A stretch of DNA of 64,000 nt from Gaiellales bacterium (GTDB lineage Bacteria > Actinomycetota > Thermoleophilia > Gaiellales > F1-60-MAGs149): NCBI GenBank assembly GCA_038911065.1, contig JBCKBR010000001.1, positions 6,013 through 70,012 on the forward strand. The letters run 5' to 3'. Below the pieces are notes generated by a model. It saw nothing but the letters and a program-made list of their open reading frames with translations, had not been told where the DNA came from and made no database searches. Position numbers and translations under genes: made by a program. Positions 1 to 8,912 of this stretch are shown one piece after another (the first letter of the stretch is position 1; every line of letters starts with the position of its first letter).

Positions 1-873
1 CGTGACCGCGCGCCAGGTGAGCCGAGGTACGTCGCTTTTCTATTTTTGCTACCCGCGCTCGCGTTCTATCTGATCTTCACGATGTTGCCGTTGCTGCACA
101 CCGTGTGGCTATCGTTTTTTGAGTGGGATGGCCTTTCGCCCGGCACGTGGACCGGGCTCGACAATTATCGCGAGATCCTCAACGACGAGGATATTCGCAG
201 TGCATTTGTCCACTCGATCAAGCTGATCCTCTACTACTCGGGCATCGCCGTTGTGGTGGCGTTGCTGTTGATCATGGTTATCCAGCGTGCCAAGGTGCGT
301 GGCCTGACGTTCTTTCGAACGCTGATCTTTCTGCCACAGACGATTGCTGTTGTCGTTGTCGCACAGGCGTTTGTCTGGATTTATGCACCGCAGGGTCCAC
401 TCAATACGTTGCTGGAGCCGTTCGGGCTCAATCGAACCTGGCTGGGTGAGTTCAACACGGCGTTGCCGGCGCTCGGCTTTGTTGGTTCGTGGATGACCTT
501 CGGTCTCGCGTTCGTGCTGTTTCTTGCAGGCATGCAACGCATTCCCCAATCACTCTATGACGCTGCACGCGTCGATGGCGCGACTCTTTGGCAAGAGATG
601 CGCGTCGTCACGATTCCACAGTTACGCAACGAACTCGCGGTCGTGATCACCTTGACGACGATCACGGCGCTCCGTTCGTTCGATCTCATTTACAACACAA
701 CGTCGGGTGGGCCGGGTGGCGAAACGCGCGTGCCAAGCGTGCTGATCGTGCTCAATGCCTTTACCTATGGCAAGGTCGGGATGGCCAGTGCGATTGCCGT
801 CGTGCTGACGATCATCATCTTCGCGGTTGCAATTCTGATTACACGTATCGGTGATCGAAGCGAGCACGCATGA
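1..873 (+). CDS. Carbohydrate ABC transporter permease (MalF/UgpA type), 5' end probably outside the window
   Basis: ORF 46-873 (TTG), but the frame is open back to nt 1 and the upstream residues (RYVAFLFL then LPALAFYLIF) already look like TM1. EAA loop DAARVDGATLWQEMRVVTIPQL; multi-TM profile. Confidence 0.85.
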   Translation, partial: RDRAPGEPRYVAFLFLLPALAFYLIFTMLPLLHTVWLSFFEWDGLSPGTWTGLDNYREILNDEDIRSAFVHSIKLILYYSGIAVVVALLLIMVIQRAKVRGLTFFRTLIFLPQTIAVVVVAQAFVWIYAPQGPLNTLLEPFGLNRTWLGEFNTALPALGFVGSWMTFGLAFVLFLAGMQRIPQSLYDAARVDGATLWQEMRVVTIPQLRNELAVVITLTTITALRSFDLIYNTTSGGPGGETRVPSVLIVLNAFTYGKVGMASAIAVVLTIIIFAVAILITRIGDRSEHA

Positions 874-1694
874 CGACGCGCCGAGACCAGTACACGGCGT
901 ACATCGTGCTTGGCCTCTTTTCCTTTCTTGCCGTCTATCCGGTGATTGGCATCGTGTTGCTCGCCTTCCACGACAAGGGCGACAACGTGACGGGCTTCGC
1001 CTTGCCGACGACATTTTCGTTTGCAACGTTTGAGAAGGCGTGGGTGGGAGGTAATTTTGCGAGCGGTCTGTGGTCTAGTTTTGTCGTTGCAATGAGCGTC
1101 ACAGTCGTCTCCGTGGTCCTCTCGATTGGTACGGGCTACGCCTTCGGCACGATGCGTTTTCCCGGCGCTTCGCTGATCTTCGGTGTGATCCTGCTCGGGC
1201 TGATCTTCCCGTACGAGGCGACTGTGATTCCGCTCTACTACGACTTTCAACGGTTCAATCTGTTGAATACGTATTGGGCGCTGATCCTGCCGCAGATTGG
1301 CCTCTCAATCTCGTTTGGGACGTTCTGGATGCGCGCCTTCTTTCGATCCACGCCGAGGAGCCTGATCGAGGCCGCCCGTGTTGACGGTGCATCCAGTTGG
1401 ACGATTCTGGTGCGTGTCTTGTTGCCACAGGCCAAACCGGCGGTGCTCACGCTGAGTGCCTTGATCTTTATGTATACCTGGAACGAGTTCCTGCTGGCTC
1501 TCGTGATGATCCAAGATCCGTCACTGACGACGGCGCCGCTCGGGCTCAGTTTCTTTGCCACGGCAACGCGCGCTGGCGATCCAACCGCAGTTGCCGCAGC
1601 GGCCGTTATTGTGGCGTTACCCGTGGTGATCGTGTACGTGTTCTTGCAGCGTCACTTCATTCGCGGCGTCACATCTGGCGCAGTAAAGGAGTAG
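870..1694 (+). CDS. Carbohydrate ABC transporter permease (MalG/UgpE type)
   Basis: ATGA overlap with the upstream permease stop. EAA loop EAARVDGASSWTILVRVLLPQ; six hydrophobic segments. Confidence 0.9.
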   Translation: MTTRRDQYTAYIVLGLFSFLAVYPVIGIVLLAFHDKGDNVTGFALPTTFSFATFEKAWVGGNFASGLWSSFVVAMSVTVVSVVLSIGTGYAFGTMRFPGASLIFGVILLGLIFPYEATVIPLYYDFQRFNLLNTYWALILPQIGLSISFGTFWMRAFFRSTPRSLIEAARVDGASSWTILVRVLLPQAKPAVLTLSALIFMYTWNEFLLALVMIQDPSLTTAPLGLSFFATATRAGDPTAVAAAAVIVALPVVIVYVFLQRHFIRGVTSGAVKE

Positions 1695-1697
1695 GTC

Positions 1698-3011
1698 GTG
1701 GCGGCAATTCGGATGGCGTATATCGGGGGCGGATCGACGCGTGCCGTTGGCACAGTCGCCTCGTTTATTCATCAGGGCGACGACTTCGCGGGGTCCGAGA
1801 TCGTACTGATCGACTTGCCAGGCTCGCGCCTCGACCTCGTTAAGTCGCTCGCCGAGAAGATGGCGAAGGCGCGCGGACTCGATATGACGTTCACGACCAC
1901 GACCGATCGTCGCGCAGGTCTGACCGACGTGGACGCCGTCCTCTCGAGCTTCCGTCCAGGGGGTTTCGAGGCACGCGTGCTCGACGAGCGGATTCCGCTC
2001 CGCAACGGTGTGATTGGTCAGGAGACGCAGGGGCCTGGTGGATTCTTTATGTGCTTGCGTTCGGTCAATGTGATGATCGGCGTTGCCGAGGACCTCGCGG
2101 CTGTCGCGCCCCAGGCGAAGGTGTTCAACTACACGAACCCCGTCAATCTGGTGGCGCAGGCGTGGACGACGCATTGCGCCATTCCACTGGTCGCGCTGTG
2201 TGAGGGACCGATTGTGTATCCCCGCGAGTTGATGCGCGATCTCGGCTACATCTACGACGATGTCGACGCCAAGATGGTCGGCCTCAACCATGCCTCGTGG
2301 GCGTTCGAGCAGACGTATCAGGGCGAGGACGCGATGCCGATCCTGCGTCGCGAATGGGAGGCGCGCAAAGACGATCCGAACGAGGACCGCGACCTTCTGC
2401 GTCGGCTGAGGATTGCGACGACGTTCGACGCGATCCCGTCGCACTACTTCCAGTACTACTACTGCGAGGACGAGGTGCTGGCCGAGCTCGAGGCGAAGGG
2501 CACGACGCGTGCCGAGGACATCCTGTCGTGGACGCCAGGCTATTGGGAGCATTACGAGGAGCAGTCGCGGTCCGATGATCCACAACTGGACCCGGCCCGT
2601 TCGCGTGGTGGCATCCACGAGCTCGAGCTCGCGATCGACGTGATGGACGCCGTCTTCAACGATAAGGACGAGATTCATCCCGTCAACGTCCCAAACAAGG
2701 GCGGCATGTTGCCCGGGTTCGCAGAGGACATCGTGGTCGAAATTTACGGGCGCTGCAACAAGGATTGGATCGAACCGTTGCCTGCACCGCCACTGCCACG
2801 CGACGTACGGGGTCTGGTCGAGGCGCTCGCTGAGTATCAGGCCTTGGCGGGCCAGGTCGCCTGGGAGGGCGATTGGAAGGCCGACATTCGCGCCTTGGCG
2901 GCCAACCCGCTGGTGCGCACGATTGACAAGGCCGAAACGATCTACATGGAGCTCGCGGCCGCACATCGGGCGCACTTGCCCGAGCGCCTCGTGCCGCCCA
3001 GTCTGCGATGA
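1698..3011 (+). CDS. Glycoside hydrolase family 4 (NAD/Mn-dependent glycosidase)
   Basis: 437 aa with the N-terminal Rossmann motif IRMAYIGGGSTRAV typical of GH4. AAGGAG lies 6 nt upstream of GTG 1698. The gene sits inside the sugar-uptake operon. Confidence 0.75.
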   Translation: MAAIRMAYIGGGSTRAVGTVASFIHQGDDFAGSEIVLIDLPGSRLDLVKSLAEKMAKARGLDMTFTTTTDRRAGLTDVDAVLSSFRPGGFEARVLDERIPLRNGVIGQETQGPGGFFMCLRSVNVMIGVAEDLAAVAPQAKVFNYTNPVNLVAQAWTTHCAIPLVALCEGPIVYPRELMRDLGYIYDDVDAKMVGLNHASWAFEQTYQGEDAMPILRREWEARKDDPNEDRDLLRRLRIATTFDAIPSHYFQYYYCEDEVLAELEAKGTTRAEDILSWTPGYWEHYEEQSRSDDPQLDPARSRGGIHELELAIDVMDAVFNDKDEIHPVNVPNKGGMLPGFAEDIVVEIYGRCNKDWIEPLPAPPLPRDVRGLVEALAEYQALAGQVAWEGDWKADIRALAANPLVRTIDKAETIYMELAAAHRAHLPERLVPPSLR

Positions 3012-3976
3012 ACGGCGGCGGGTTTGTGCTCGGTGCGGACGGAGGTAACACGAAGACGGTTGTGCTGCTTGCCCGTATGGATGGCGAGATCATCGGTTGG
3101 GGTCGTGCCGGCTCGAGCGACGTGTACGACACGGCGGGCGCCGATGCCGCGATCTGCGCGTTGACGACTGCCGTGCGCGCAGCCTGCGCGATGGCGGGGT
3201 GTCAAGGCAGTCAGGTGGAATCGGCGGTGTTCGGTCTGGCCGGTGCCGACTGGCCGGAAGATTTTGCGTTGCTCGATGCTGCCATGCGCGGTGAACTTGG
3301 AGGCGACGTGACGATTCTCAACGATGCCGTCAACGCAATTCGCTGCGGCACGCCGGATGGTGTCGGCGTCGTCGTGTCGTGTGGCACGGGGGGGACCGCC
3401 GCCGCCGTCGGTCCGAATGGGCAGGTGTATCACCGTGGCTTCTGGCCCGAACCTTCGGGTGCACGCGAGATCGGACGCCTCGGCTTACAGTCGGTCCAGC
3501 GCGCCTGGCTCGGCCTCGAGGGGCCGACGCTGTTGACCGAGTTGGCACTCGCGCGTTATGGCGCGAGCGATCCCGACGATCTGTTGCATCGGCGGACGGC
3601 TCGCGGGCGACCCGACACGACGGATAGTCGCTGGTTTTGTCCTGACGTATTGGATGCTGCCGCGGCAGGAGACGCGACCGCGCGTACGATCGTGCAACGC
3701 GAAGGCAATGTGTTGGGTGGACAGGCGCGGGTCTGTGCGCAGCGCGTCGGCTACGCGGACGCATTTCCACTCGTCTTCGTTGGTGGTGTGTTGAGCCATC
3801 CGAGTCGACTCTTGCGCGAGGTAATCCTCGCCGAGGTGCCGGGTGCGGTGCCGGTCGAACCGCACAGCGAGCCGGCGGTTGCAGCGCTGTTGCGAGCGTT
3901 TGACGCGATTGGGGTCGATGTCGCGAGCCGTGTCGCTGAGACGCTGCCCGCTCGTTCGGTCTTTACAACCGACTAG
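3008..3976 (+). CDS. BadF/BadG/BcrA/BcrD-type ATPase, N-acetylglucosamine-kinase-like sugar kinase
   Basis: ATGA overlap with the GH4 stop. N-terminal phosphate motif [11 protein letters not shown]; 322 aa. Confidence 0.7.
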   Translation: MNGGGFVLGADGGNTKTVVLLARMDGEIIGWGRAGSSDVYDTAGADAAICALTTAVRAACAMAGCQGSQVESAVFGLAGADWPEDFALLDAAMRGELGGDVTILNDAVNAIRCGTPDGVGVVVSCGTGGTAAAVGPNGQVYHRGFWPEPSGAREIGRLGLQSVQRAWLGLEGPTLLTELALARYGASDPDDLLHRRTARGRPDTTDSRWFCPDVLDAAAAGDATARTIVQREGNVLGGQARVCAQRVGYADAFPLVFVGGVLSHPSRLLREVILAEVPGAVPVEPHSEPAVAALLRAFDAIGVDVASRVAETLPARSVFTTD

Positions 3977-5127
3977 ACGAGCGCGAGGCCCGAGGTCGGG
4001 TCGAACAGGTGGATCCGCTCGGGGTCGACGGCGAGCGACAGAGCCGATCCGACAGCGAGACCGGTGTGCGCGTCAAGGCGCGTGGTAAAGAGGGCACGAT
4101 CATCGTCCACGAGGAGTGCCCCATCGTGCTCACTCTCGGCCTCGGCGGCGGCCAGCACGGCTTCGCTCGAGACCTTCTTGCTGTCTACGGGCATAATCGC
4201 GTGCGCTTCGGCGCCGAGATCCTCGAGGACCGCGATCGTGCCACTCAGCGTCGGGCCAGCATTGGTCGCAGTGGTTACCTCGACGTCGGTTGGGCGAATA
4301 CCGACTACGACGTGCGTGGTGCCGCTAGGAATACGGCCAGCGTGCACGGGAATGCGCATGCCGGCACAGCTCACGTGAGCACCATCCACGGCGCCATCCA
4401 GGAGGTTCATCTGGGGGCTGCCGATAAAGGCCGCTACGAAGAGGTTGGCGGGTGCGCGGTACAGCTCGCTCGGTGGTGCGACCTGCTGGATGACGCCGTC
4501 GCGGAGTACGACGACCTTGTCGCCGAGCGTCATCGCCTCGATCTGGTCGTGCGTCACGTAGACGGTGGTGGTGCGGAGGCGCTCGTGGAGGCGCGCGAGT
4601 TCGGCGCGCATCGAGACGCGTAGCTTGGCGTCGAGGTTCGAGAGCGGCTCGTCCATCAGGTAGACGGCGGGTTCGCGCACCATCGCCCGACCCATCGCGA
4701 CGCGCTGGCGCTGCCCGCCCGAGAGTTGGTTGGGTTTGCGTTCGAGGAGGTCTTCGAGGCCGAGGATTTTGGCGACTTCGGCCACGCGACGCTCGCGCTC
4801 GTCGCGTGGTGTGCGCCGCAACTTGAGGCCGAAGGCGAGATTGTCGCGTACCTTCATCTGGGGGTAGAGAGCGTAGTTCTGGAAGACCATCGCGATATCG
4901 CGGTCACGCGGCGGCGTGTTGGTGACGTCCCGGCCACCGATCTGGACCGAGCCCTCGGTGATGTGCTCGAGTCCGGCGATCATTCGCAGCAGCGTCGACT
5001 TACCGCAACCCGACGGGCCAACCAGTACGACGAATTCGCCATCTTCGACGGTCAGATCGATCCCATCGACCGCACGCACGCCGCCCGGATAGACCTTGGC
5101 AACCTTGTCGAGGACGATCCCGGCCAT
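3973..5127 (-). CDS. Sugar ABC transporter ATP-binding protein (MalK/UgpC/MsiK type)
   Basis: Walker [10 protein letters not shown], signature LSGGQRQR, Walker [12 protein letters not shown]. Start moved to MAGIVLDK (ATG ending at 5127) because the 40 upstream codons of ORF 3973-5247 are Arg/Pro-rich filler. Confidence 0.9.
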   Translation of the reverse strand: MAGIVLDKVAKVYPGGVRAVDGIDLTVEDGEFVVLVGPSGCGKSTLLRMIAGLEHITEGSVQIGGRDVTNTPPRDRDIAMVFQNYALYPQMKVRDNLAFGLKLRRTPRDERERRVAEVAKILGLEDLLERKPNQLSGGQRQRVAMGRAMVREPAVYLMDEPLSNLDAKLRVSMRAELARLHERLRTTTVYVTHDQIEAMTLGDKVVVLRDGVIQQVAPPSELYRAPANLFVAAFIGSPQMNLLDGAVDGAHVSCAGMRIPVHAGRIPSGTTHVVVGIRPTDVEVTTATNAGPTLSGTIAVLEDLGAEAHAIMPVDSKKVSSEAVLAAAEAESEHDGALLVDDDRALFTTRLDAHTGLAVGSALSLAVDPERIHLFDPTSGLALV

Positions 5128-5148
5128 GAAGGCGGATTGTAGCCGGAT

Positions 5149-5168
5149 ATTTCGTGATGGGGGCGGAC
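5149..5168. repeat. Truncated copy of the ATTTCGTGATGGGG-GGCGGAC clamp/REP junction
   Basis: ATTTCGTGATGGGGGCGGAC matches the left end of the palindromes at 11076 and 49077. No right arm follows. Confidence 0.5.
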
Positions 5169-5239
5169 GACAATTACCACGACAGGTCGAGCAGCCCTGA
5201 CCAGAATTGCCGGGGGTGGGGCGACCCCGAGCGGGGGAG

Positions 5240-5312
5240 TAGCGCATACGGGATTCGAACCCGTGCTACCGCCGTGAGAGGGCGGCGTCCTAGGCCCCTA
5301 GACGAATGCGCC
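5240..5312 (-). tRNA. tRNA-Glu (anticodon CUC)
   Basis: The reverse complement folds as a cloverleaf. Acceptor GGCGCAT/ATGCGCT, D arm GTCTAGGGGCCTAGGAC, anticodon stem CCGCC/GGCGG with loop CTCTCAC, T arm ACGGG-TTCGAAT-CCCGT. No encoded CCA. Confidence 0.85.
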
Positions 5313-5423
5313 GAGGTGCTCCGAAGAGCAGCGGCAGTGTACCGATTGCGGTCGTAGCGGGTGCAGGTCACCCGCTGCTGACCGACATTATTGTTTCGGC
5401 TCAGCGGAGCTTGACGCTGGCAA

Positions 5424-5819
5424 TCAGGGCGCGTGGATCGCCAGGGGTGTCGCTGATGCCATGGCGGAGAAGTCGTTGCCTCGTTGTAGTACAGGGATTC
5501 CGTTGCGGATAGCCACTGCGGCGATGAGGCAGTCGATCAGCTTGCGAACGGTGACGTCTCGTGCGCGGCACACGCGGTAGATGGCCGCCGCCTCCTCATA
5601 GTCAGCTGGAGTTGTCGCCACCGTCTGTGTGCGGGCGAGGAGTCCGCGGAGCTCGCGAAGATGCTGCCCGTCACGTGCTCCGGCGAGCACCTCCATACGG
5701 ATAGGATCGCAGCAGGCGAGGGAGGCGTTTGCCGCCAGGAGTTTTCGGACGCAGACTGCCTCGGGTGAGCCGGTCCCCTGCAGAAACTCAATCCATGCTG
5801 ACGTGTCGATCAGGATCAC
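5424..5819 (-). CDS. vapC: PIN-domain ribonuclease toxin VapC
   Basis: 131 aa with the N-terminus MILIDTSAWIEFL (PIN acidic residue). 4-nt overlap with the upstream antitoxin gene. Confidence 0.85.
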   Translation of the reverse strand: MILIDTSAWIEFLQGTGSPEAVCVRKLLAANASLACCDPIRMEVLAGARDGQHLRELRGLLARTQTVATTPADYEEAAAIYRVCRARDVTVRKLIDCLIAAVAIRNGIPVLQRGNDFSAMASATPLAIHAP

Positions 5820-6019
5820 GGCTGTCGAGTGGCGCGCAGCTGCTCAAGATCGCTTTCCCATCCGGACCCCTCCAGGGACAGCGCCTCCTCAATGCTCAGC
5901 GGCTCGATGGCGCACAGTCGCAGAGCGAGGTTCACGGCATCGCGCTTGGTCTTCACGCCATACCGTTCCATGACTGCGGTGCATGCTTCCTCATCAATAT
6001 CAATATTGGTGCGACTCAT
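5816..6019 (-). CDS. vapB: Type II antitoxin VapB (small DNA-binding antitoxin)
   Basis: MSRTNIDIDEEACTAVMERYGVKTKRDAVNLALRL is a typical VapB N-terminus. Start taken at ATG 6019 (M22 of ORF 5816-6082). TATGGT lies 6 nt upstream of that ATG. Confidence 0.8.
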   Translation of the reverse strand: MSRTNIDIDEEACTAVMERYGVKTKRDAVNLALRLCAIEPLSIEEALSLEGSGWESDLEQLRATRQP

Positions 6020-6109
6020 ACACCTACCATACACCAAATGCTCAGAGCTGCCGTGATCGCGAGCGAGCGAAGGGGCCGGCATCAGGTGGACCCCTTCGTT
6101 CGCGTTAGG

Positions 6110-6141
6110 TATGCGACGTACGTATGCGAATACTTATGCGA
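6110..6141. repeat. Three direct TATGCGA repeats (6110, 6123, 6135)
   Basis: Read directly from the sequence; 12-13 bp phasing. They lie between the tRNA-Gln 3' end and the vapB upstream region. Confidence 0.6.
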
Positions 6142-6151
6142 ACGGTCAAGG

Positions 6152-6222
6152 CTGGGGGACAGGGATTCGAACCCCGATACCTGGGACCAGAACCCAGTGT
6201 CCTGCCGTTAGACGATCCCCCA
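6152..6222 (-). tRNA. tRNA-Gln (anticodon CUG)
   Basis: Reverse complement: acceptor TGGGGGA/TCCCCCA, anticodon stem CTGGG/CCCAG with loop TTCTGGT, T arm CGGGG-TTCGAAT-CCCTG. No encoded CCA. Confidence 0.85.
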
Positions 6223-6283
6223 ACAGCGCGTCGGATCCTATCAACGTCCGCGTGTCGAGCCTGCCACGTCGTACGCTTTGCAG

Positions 6284-7072
6284 ATGCCGTCGCCCCCAGG
6301 AGCATCGTTCGATGTCGGTTCGCTGCAGGTTCAGTACTACGGCGTCTGCGTGCTGTTGGGCTTCTTGCTCTGGGTGTTTGTGACGGCGAGGATGTGGCGT
6401 CGCGGTGGGGGTGACGCGATCGATGCCGCCTGGGCGTGTCTGCTGGCGGCACCCGTCGCGTTCATCGGCGCCCGCCTCTATCACGTGATCACGGACTACG
6501 GCCTCTATAGCGATGACCCCAGCGGCATTTTCGATGTTGCGCAGGGAGGACTGGGGATCTTTGGTGCTATCGCTGGGGGCGTGCTCGCGCTGGTCGTGTA
6601 TGCGAACGCGCGACGCTGGCCGACCGCGACGTTCCTCGACTGTGCGATCGTTGGTGTGCCACTCGCTCAGGCACTCGGACGCGTTGGCAATTACTTTAAC
6701 CAGGAGCTGATTGGCGCTCCCACCAACCTGCCTTGGGGATTGTCGGTAGATCTGCTCTATCGCCCCCTCGGCTATCAGGGCTTTACCACGTTCCATCCAG
6801 CATTTCTCTACGAGGCGATCCTCAATCTCGGCATCTTTGTCGCGCTCGGATTGCTCTGGCGCCCGTTGCATGATCGGTTCCGACCGGGGTGTATGGTCGG
6901 CGCGTATCTGATCCTCTACGGCATCGTGCGGCTGCTGGTTGAGAGCCTACGGATCGAGCCGGCACTCGAGATCGGCCCGTTTCGTCTAAATATGGTGATC
7001 TCGTTCCTCATAATTCTGACGGGTGTTCTGATTCTGATTAGTGCAGATCGCAAACGCCCGGTTCGGACCTGA
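6284..7072 (+). CDS. lgt: Prolipoprotein diacylglyceryl transferase
   Basis: Lgt signature LGRVGNYFNQELIGAPTNLPWG and a multi-TM profile. The ORF track starts at TTG 6278. ATG 6284 is preferred because TACGCT (6272-6277) lies 6 nt upstream of it. Confidence 0.85.
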   Translation: MPSPPGASFDVGSLQVQYYGVCVLLGFLLWVFVTARMWRRGGGDAIDAAWACLLAAPVAFIGARLYHVITDYGLYSDDPSGIFDVAQGGLGIFGAIAGGVLALVVYANARRWPTATFLDCAIVGVPLAQALGRVGNYFNQELIGAPTNLPWGLSVDLLYRPLGYQGFTTFHPAFLYEAILNLGIFVALGLLWRPLHDRFRPGCMVGAYLILYGIVRLLVESLRIEPALEIGPFRLNMVISFLIILTGVLILISADRKRPVRT

Positions 7073-7108
7073 GCCGAGTCGGCGCGAGCGTCACGTACCC
7101 ACCAGAGG

Positions 7109-7128
7109 GGTAGCGTCATCGCGCTACC
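7109..7128. terminator. Hairpin between convergent lgt and the ABC exporter gene
   Basis: GGTAGCG (7109-7115) pairs with CGCTACC (7122-7128) around a 6-nt loop that contains the exporter stop codon. No U tract. Confidence 0.3.
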
Positions 7129-8912
7129 GCTTCCGCCCAATCGCTGTAGAGGCCACGGTAGCGACCATCAGTGGCGAGCAGTTCGTCGTGCGAGCCAGAC
7201 TCGACGACCCGACCATGCTCGAGCACGACGATCAGATCGGCGTTGCGAATCGTCGATAGGCGGTGGGCGACGACGAAGGCGGTGCGGTCGGCCAACAGTC
7301 GCTGGAGGGCTTCTTCGATATGCGCCTCGGTCTGGATGTCGACGCTCGATGTCGCTTCGTCGAGAATCAGCAGCCGCGGGTCGACGAGCAGGGCACGAGC
7401 AAACGCGATCAGCTGGCGCTGCCCGATTGAGAGACGACTACCGCGCTCTTGTACACGCTCGTCGTAGCCGTCGGGTAGCTGCTCAATAAAGCGATCCGCA
7501 CCGACCTCGCGCGCGGCAGCCTCGACCTCGCCGCGCGAGGCGTCGGGGCGGCCGAAGGCGATGTTTTCGTGGATGGTGCCGTTAAAGAGAAAGCCCTCTT
7601 GCGGCACGATCGCGATCTGGTCGCGCAGCGACTCGACGGTGACGGTGCGCAGATCGTGGCCATCAATCAGGATGCGACCGCCCTGCGGGTCGTAAAAGCG
7701 CGCCAACAGTTTGACGATTGTCGATTTCCCGGCTCCCGTATGACCAACGAGAGCAACGGTCTGGCCCGCCAATACGGTCAGGTTGAGGTTGTCGATCACG
7801 GGCCGCTCGGGGTTGTAGCCAAAGCGGACATGATCGAAGTGGACGGCGCCGGCAATCGCAGCGAGCGGCTGCGCATCGGGCGCATCGACGAGCGTCGGGG
7901 CATCGTCCATCACGTCGAAGATCTTGTCGAGCGCCGCGGTACCAGCCAAGAACGTGTTGTAGACCTGGCTCAACTGCTGCACGGGGTCGAAGAACGACGC
8001 GAGATAGCCAATAAACGCCACGAGCACGCCGATCGCAATCACGTTATTCAGATACAAGTAGCCGCCATAGCCAAACACGACGCAGGTCGCTACGGCCGCG
8101 AGAAACTCGACGGATGGGAAGTACCAGCCACTCGACGTGACGGTGGTCTTGTTGGCATCGCGATACGACTGGTTGAGTTCGGCGAGGGCTGCCCGACTGT
8201 GCGCCTCGCGACGGTAGGCCTGGATCACGCGGATACCGTTGAGGTCTTCTTGGAGTGACGCCGTCACGAGCGCGAGCCGCGTGCGCATCAGTCGATAGGC
8301 GCGCGCGGACTGGCCGCGGAAGAAGTACGTCATCACCGCCATAAGCGGAAACACGATTAGGGTTGCGAGGCCGAGACGGAAGTCGAGAAACAGCAGAATC
8401 GTGCCGGCTATGACAAGCGTCAGCACGTTACGCACCGTCGAGGTGATGCCATCCGTGACGAGCTGTTGGAGCGCCTCGACATCATTCGTCAGCCGCGAGA
8501 TCAGGACGCCGGTGCGCTGTCGCTCGAAGTAGCTCATCGAGAGGCTCTGCATGTGCGCGAAGAGGTCGCCGCGCAGGTCGGTCAGGATGCGCTCGCCCAC
8601 CCAGCCCGTCAGATACGTCTCGATCCGCGAGAGCGCAATGCCAAGGATGCCAATCGCGATCACGATCCCAGCGATGATTACCAATAGACGCGTGTCGCCC
8701 GGGATAATCGCCGAGTCGATCGCGGACTTCATCAGCAGGGGCAGGGCGAGCGTGCAGGCGAGCACGCCGAACATTGCGGCAATCGCGCCGAACAGGCGCC
8801 AACGATACGGGCCCGCGTAGGTGCCGAGCCGAGCGAGGCGTTGGAGGCCCTGCTTGCGCACGCCCTTGCCAGAGGCGACAGGACCACCGACGCCGACGGG
8901 GCCACGACTCAC
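7116..8912 (-). CDS. ABC exporter, fused permease/ATPase subunit (canonical Walker B, degenerate signature)
   Basis: Six N-terminal TM segments. Walker A GHTGAGKST, Walker B LLILDEATSSVD, signature LSIGQRQ instead of LSGGQ. Confidence 0.9.
   Translation of the reverse strand: MSRGPVGVGGPVASGKGVRKQGLQRLARLGTYAGPYRWRLFGAIAAMFGVLACTLALPLLMKSAIDSAIIPGDTRLLVIIAGIVIAIGILGIALSRIETYLTGWVGERILTDLRGDLFAHMQSLSMSYFERQRTGVLISRLTNDVEALQQLVTDGITSTVRNVLTLVIAGTILLFLDFRLGLATLIVFPLMAVMTYFFRGQSARAYRLMRTRLALVTASLQEDLNGIRVIQAYRREAHSRAALAELNQSYRDANKTTVTSSGWYFPSVEFLAAVATCVVFGYGGYLYLNNVIAIGVLVAFIGYLASFFDPVQQLSQVYNTFLAGTAALDKIFDVMDDAPTLVDAPDAQPLAAIAGAVHFDHVRFGYNPERPVIDNLNLTVLAGQTVALVGHTGAGKSTIVKLLARFYDPQGGRILIDGHDLRTVTVESLRDQIAIVPQEGFLFNGTIHENIAFGRPDASRGEVEAAAREVGADRFIEQLPDGYDERVQERGSRLSIGQRQLIAFARALLVDPRLLILDEATSSVDIQTEAHIEEALQRLLADRTAFVVAHRLSTIRNADLIVVLEHGRVVESGSHDELLATDGRYRGLYSDWAEAVAR

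Noticed and set aside
1617-2975. 452-aa ORF antisense to the GH4 gene
   Set aside because: It is Arg/Pro/His-rich and low-complexity, with no motifs, and is fully overlapped by a + strand ORF with a clear GH4 signature. Long antisense ORFs like this are a typical high-GC artefact.
3973-3976. Convergent genes sharing overlapping stop codons (CTAG here, CTAA at 34084-34087)
   Set aside because: The overlap is real but is most simply explained by compact gene packing. There is no evidence for a regulatory role.
5313-6151. Prophage or integrative element at the tRNA pair
   Set aside because: There is no integrase, excisionase or phage gene. Only the vapBC pair and short repeats are present, so only a minimal islet is claimed.
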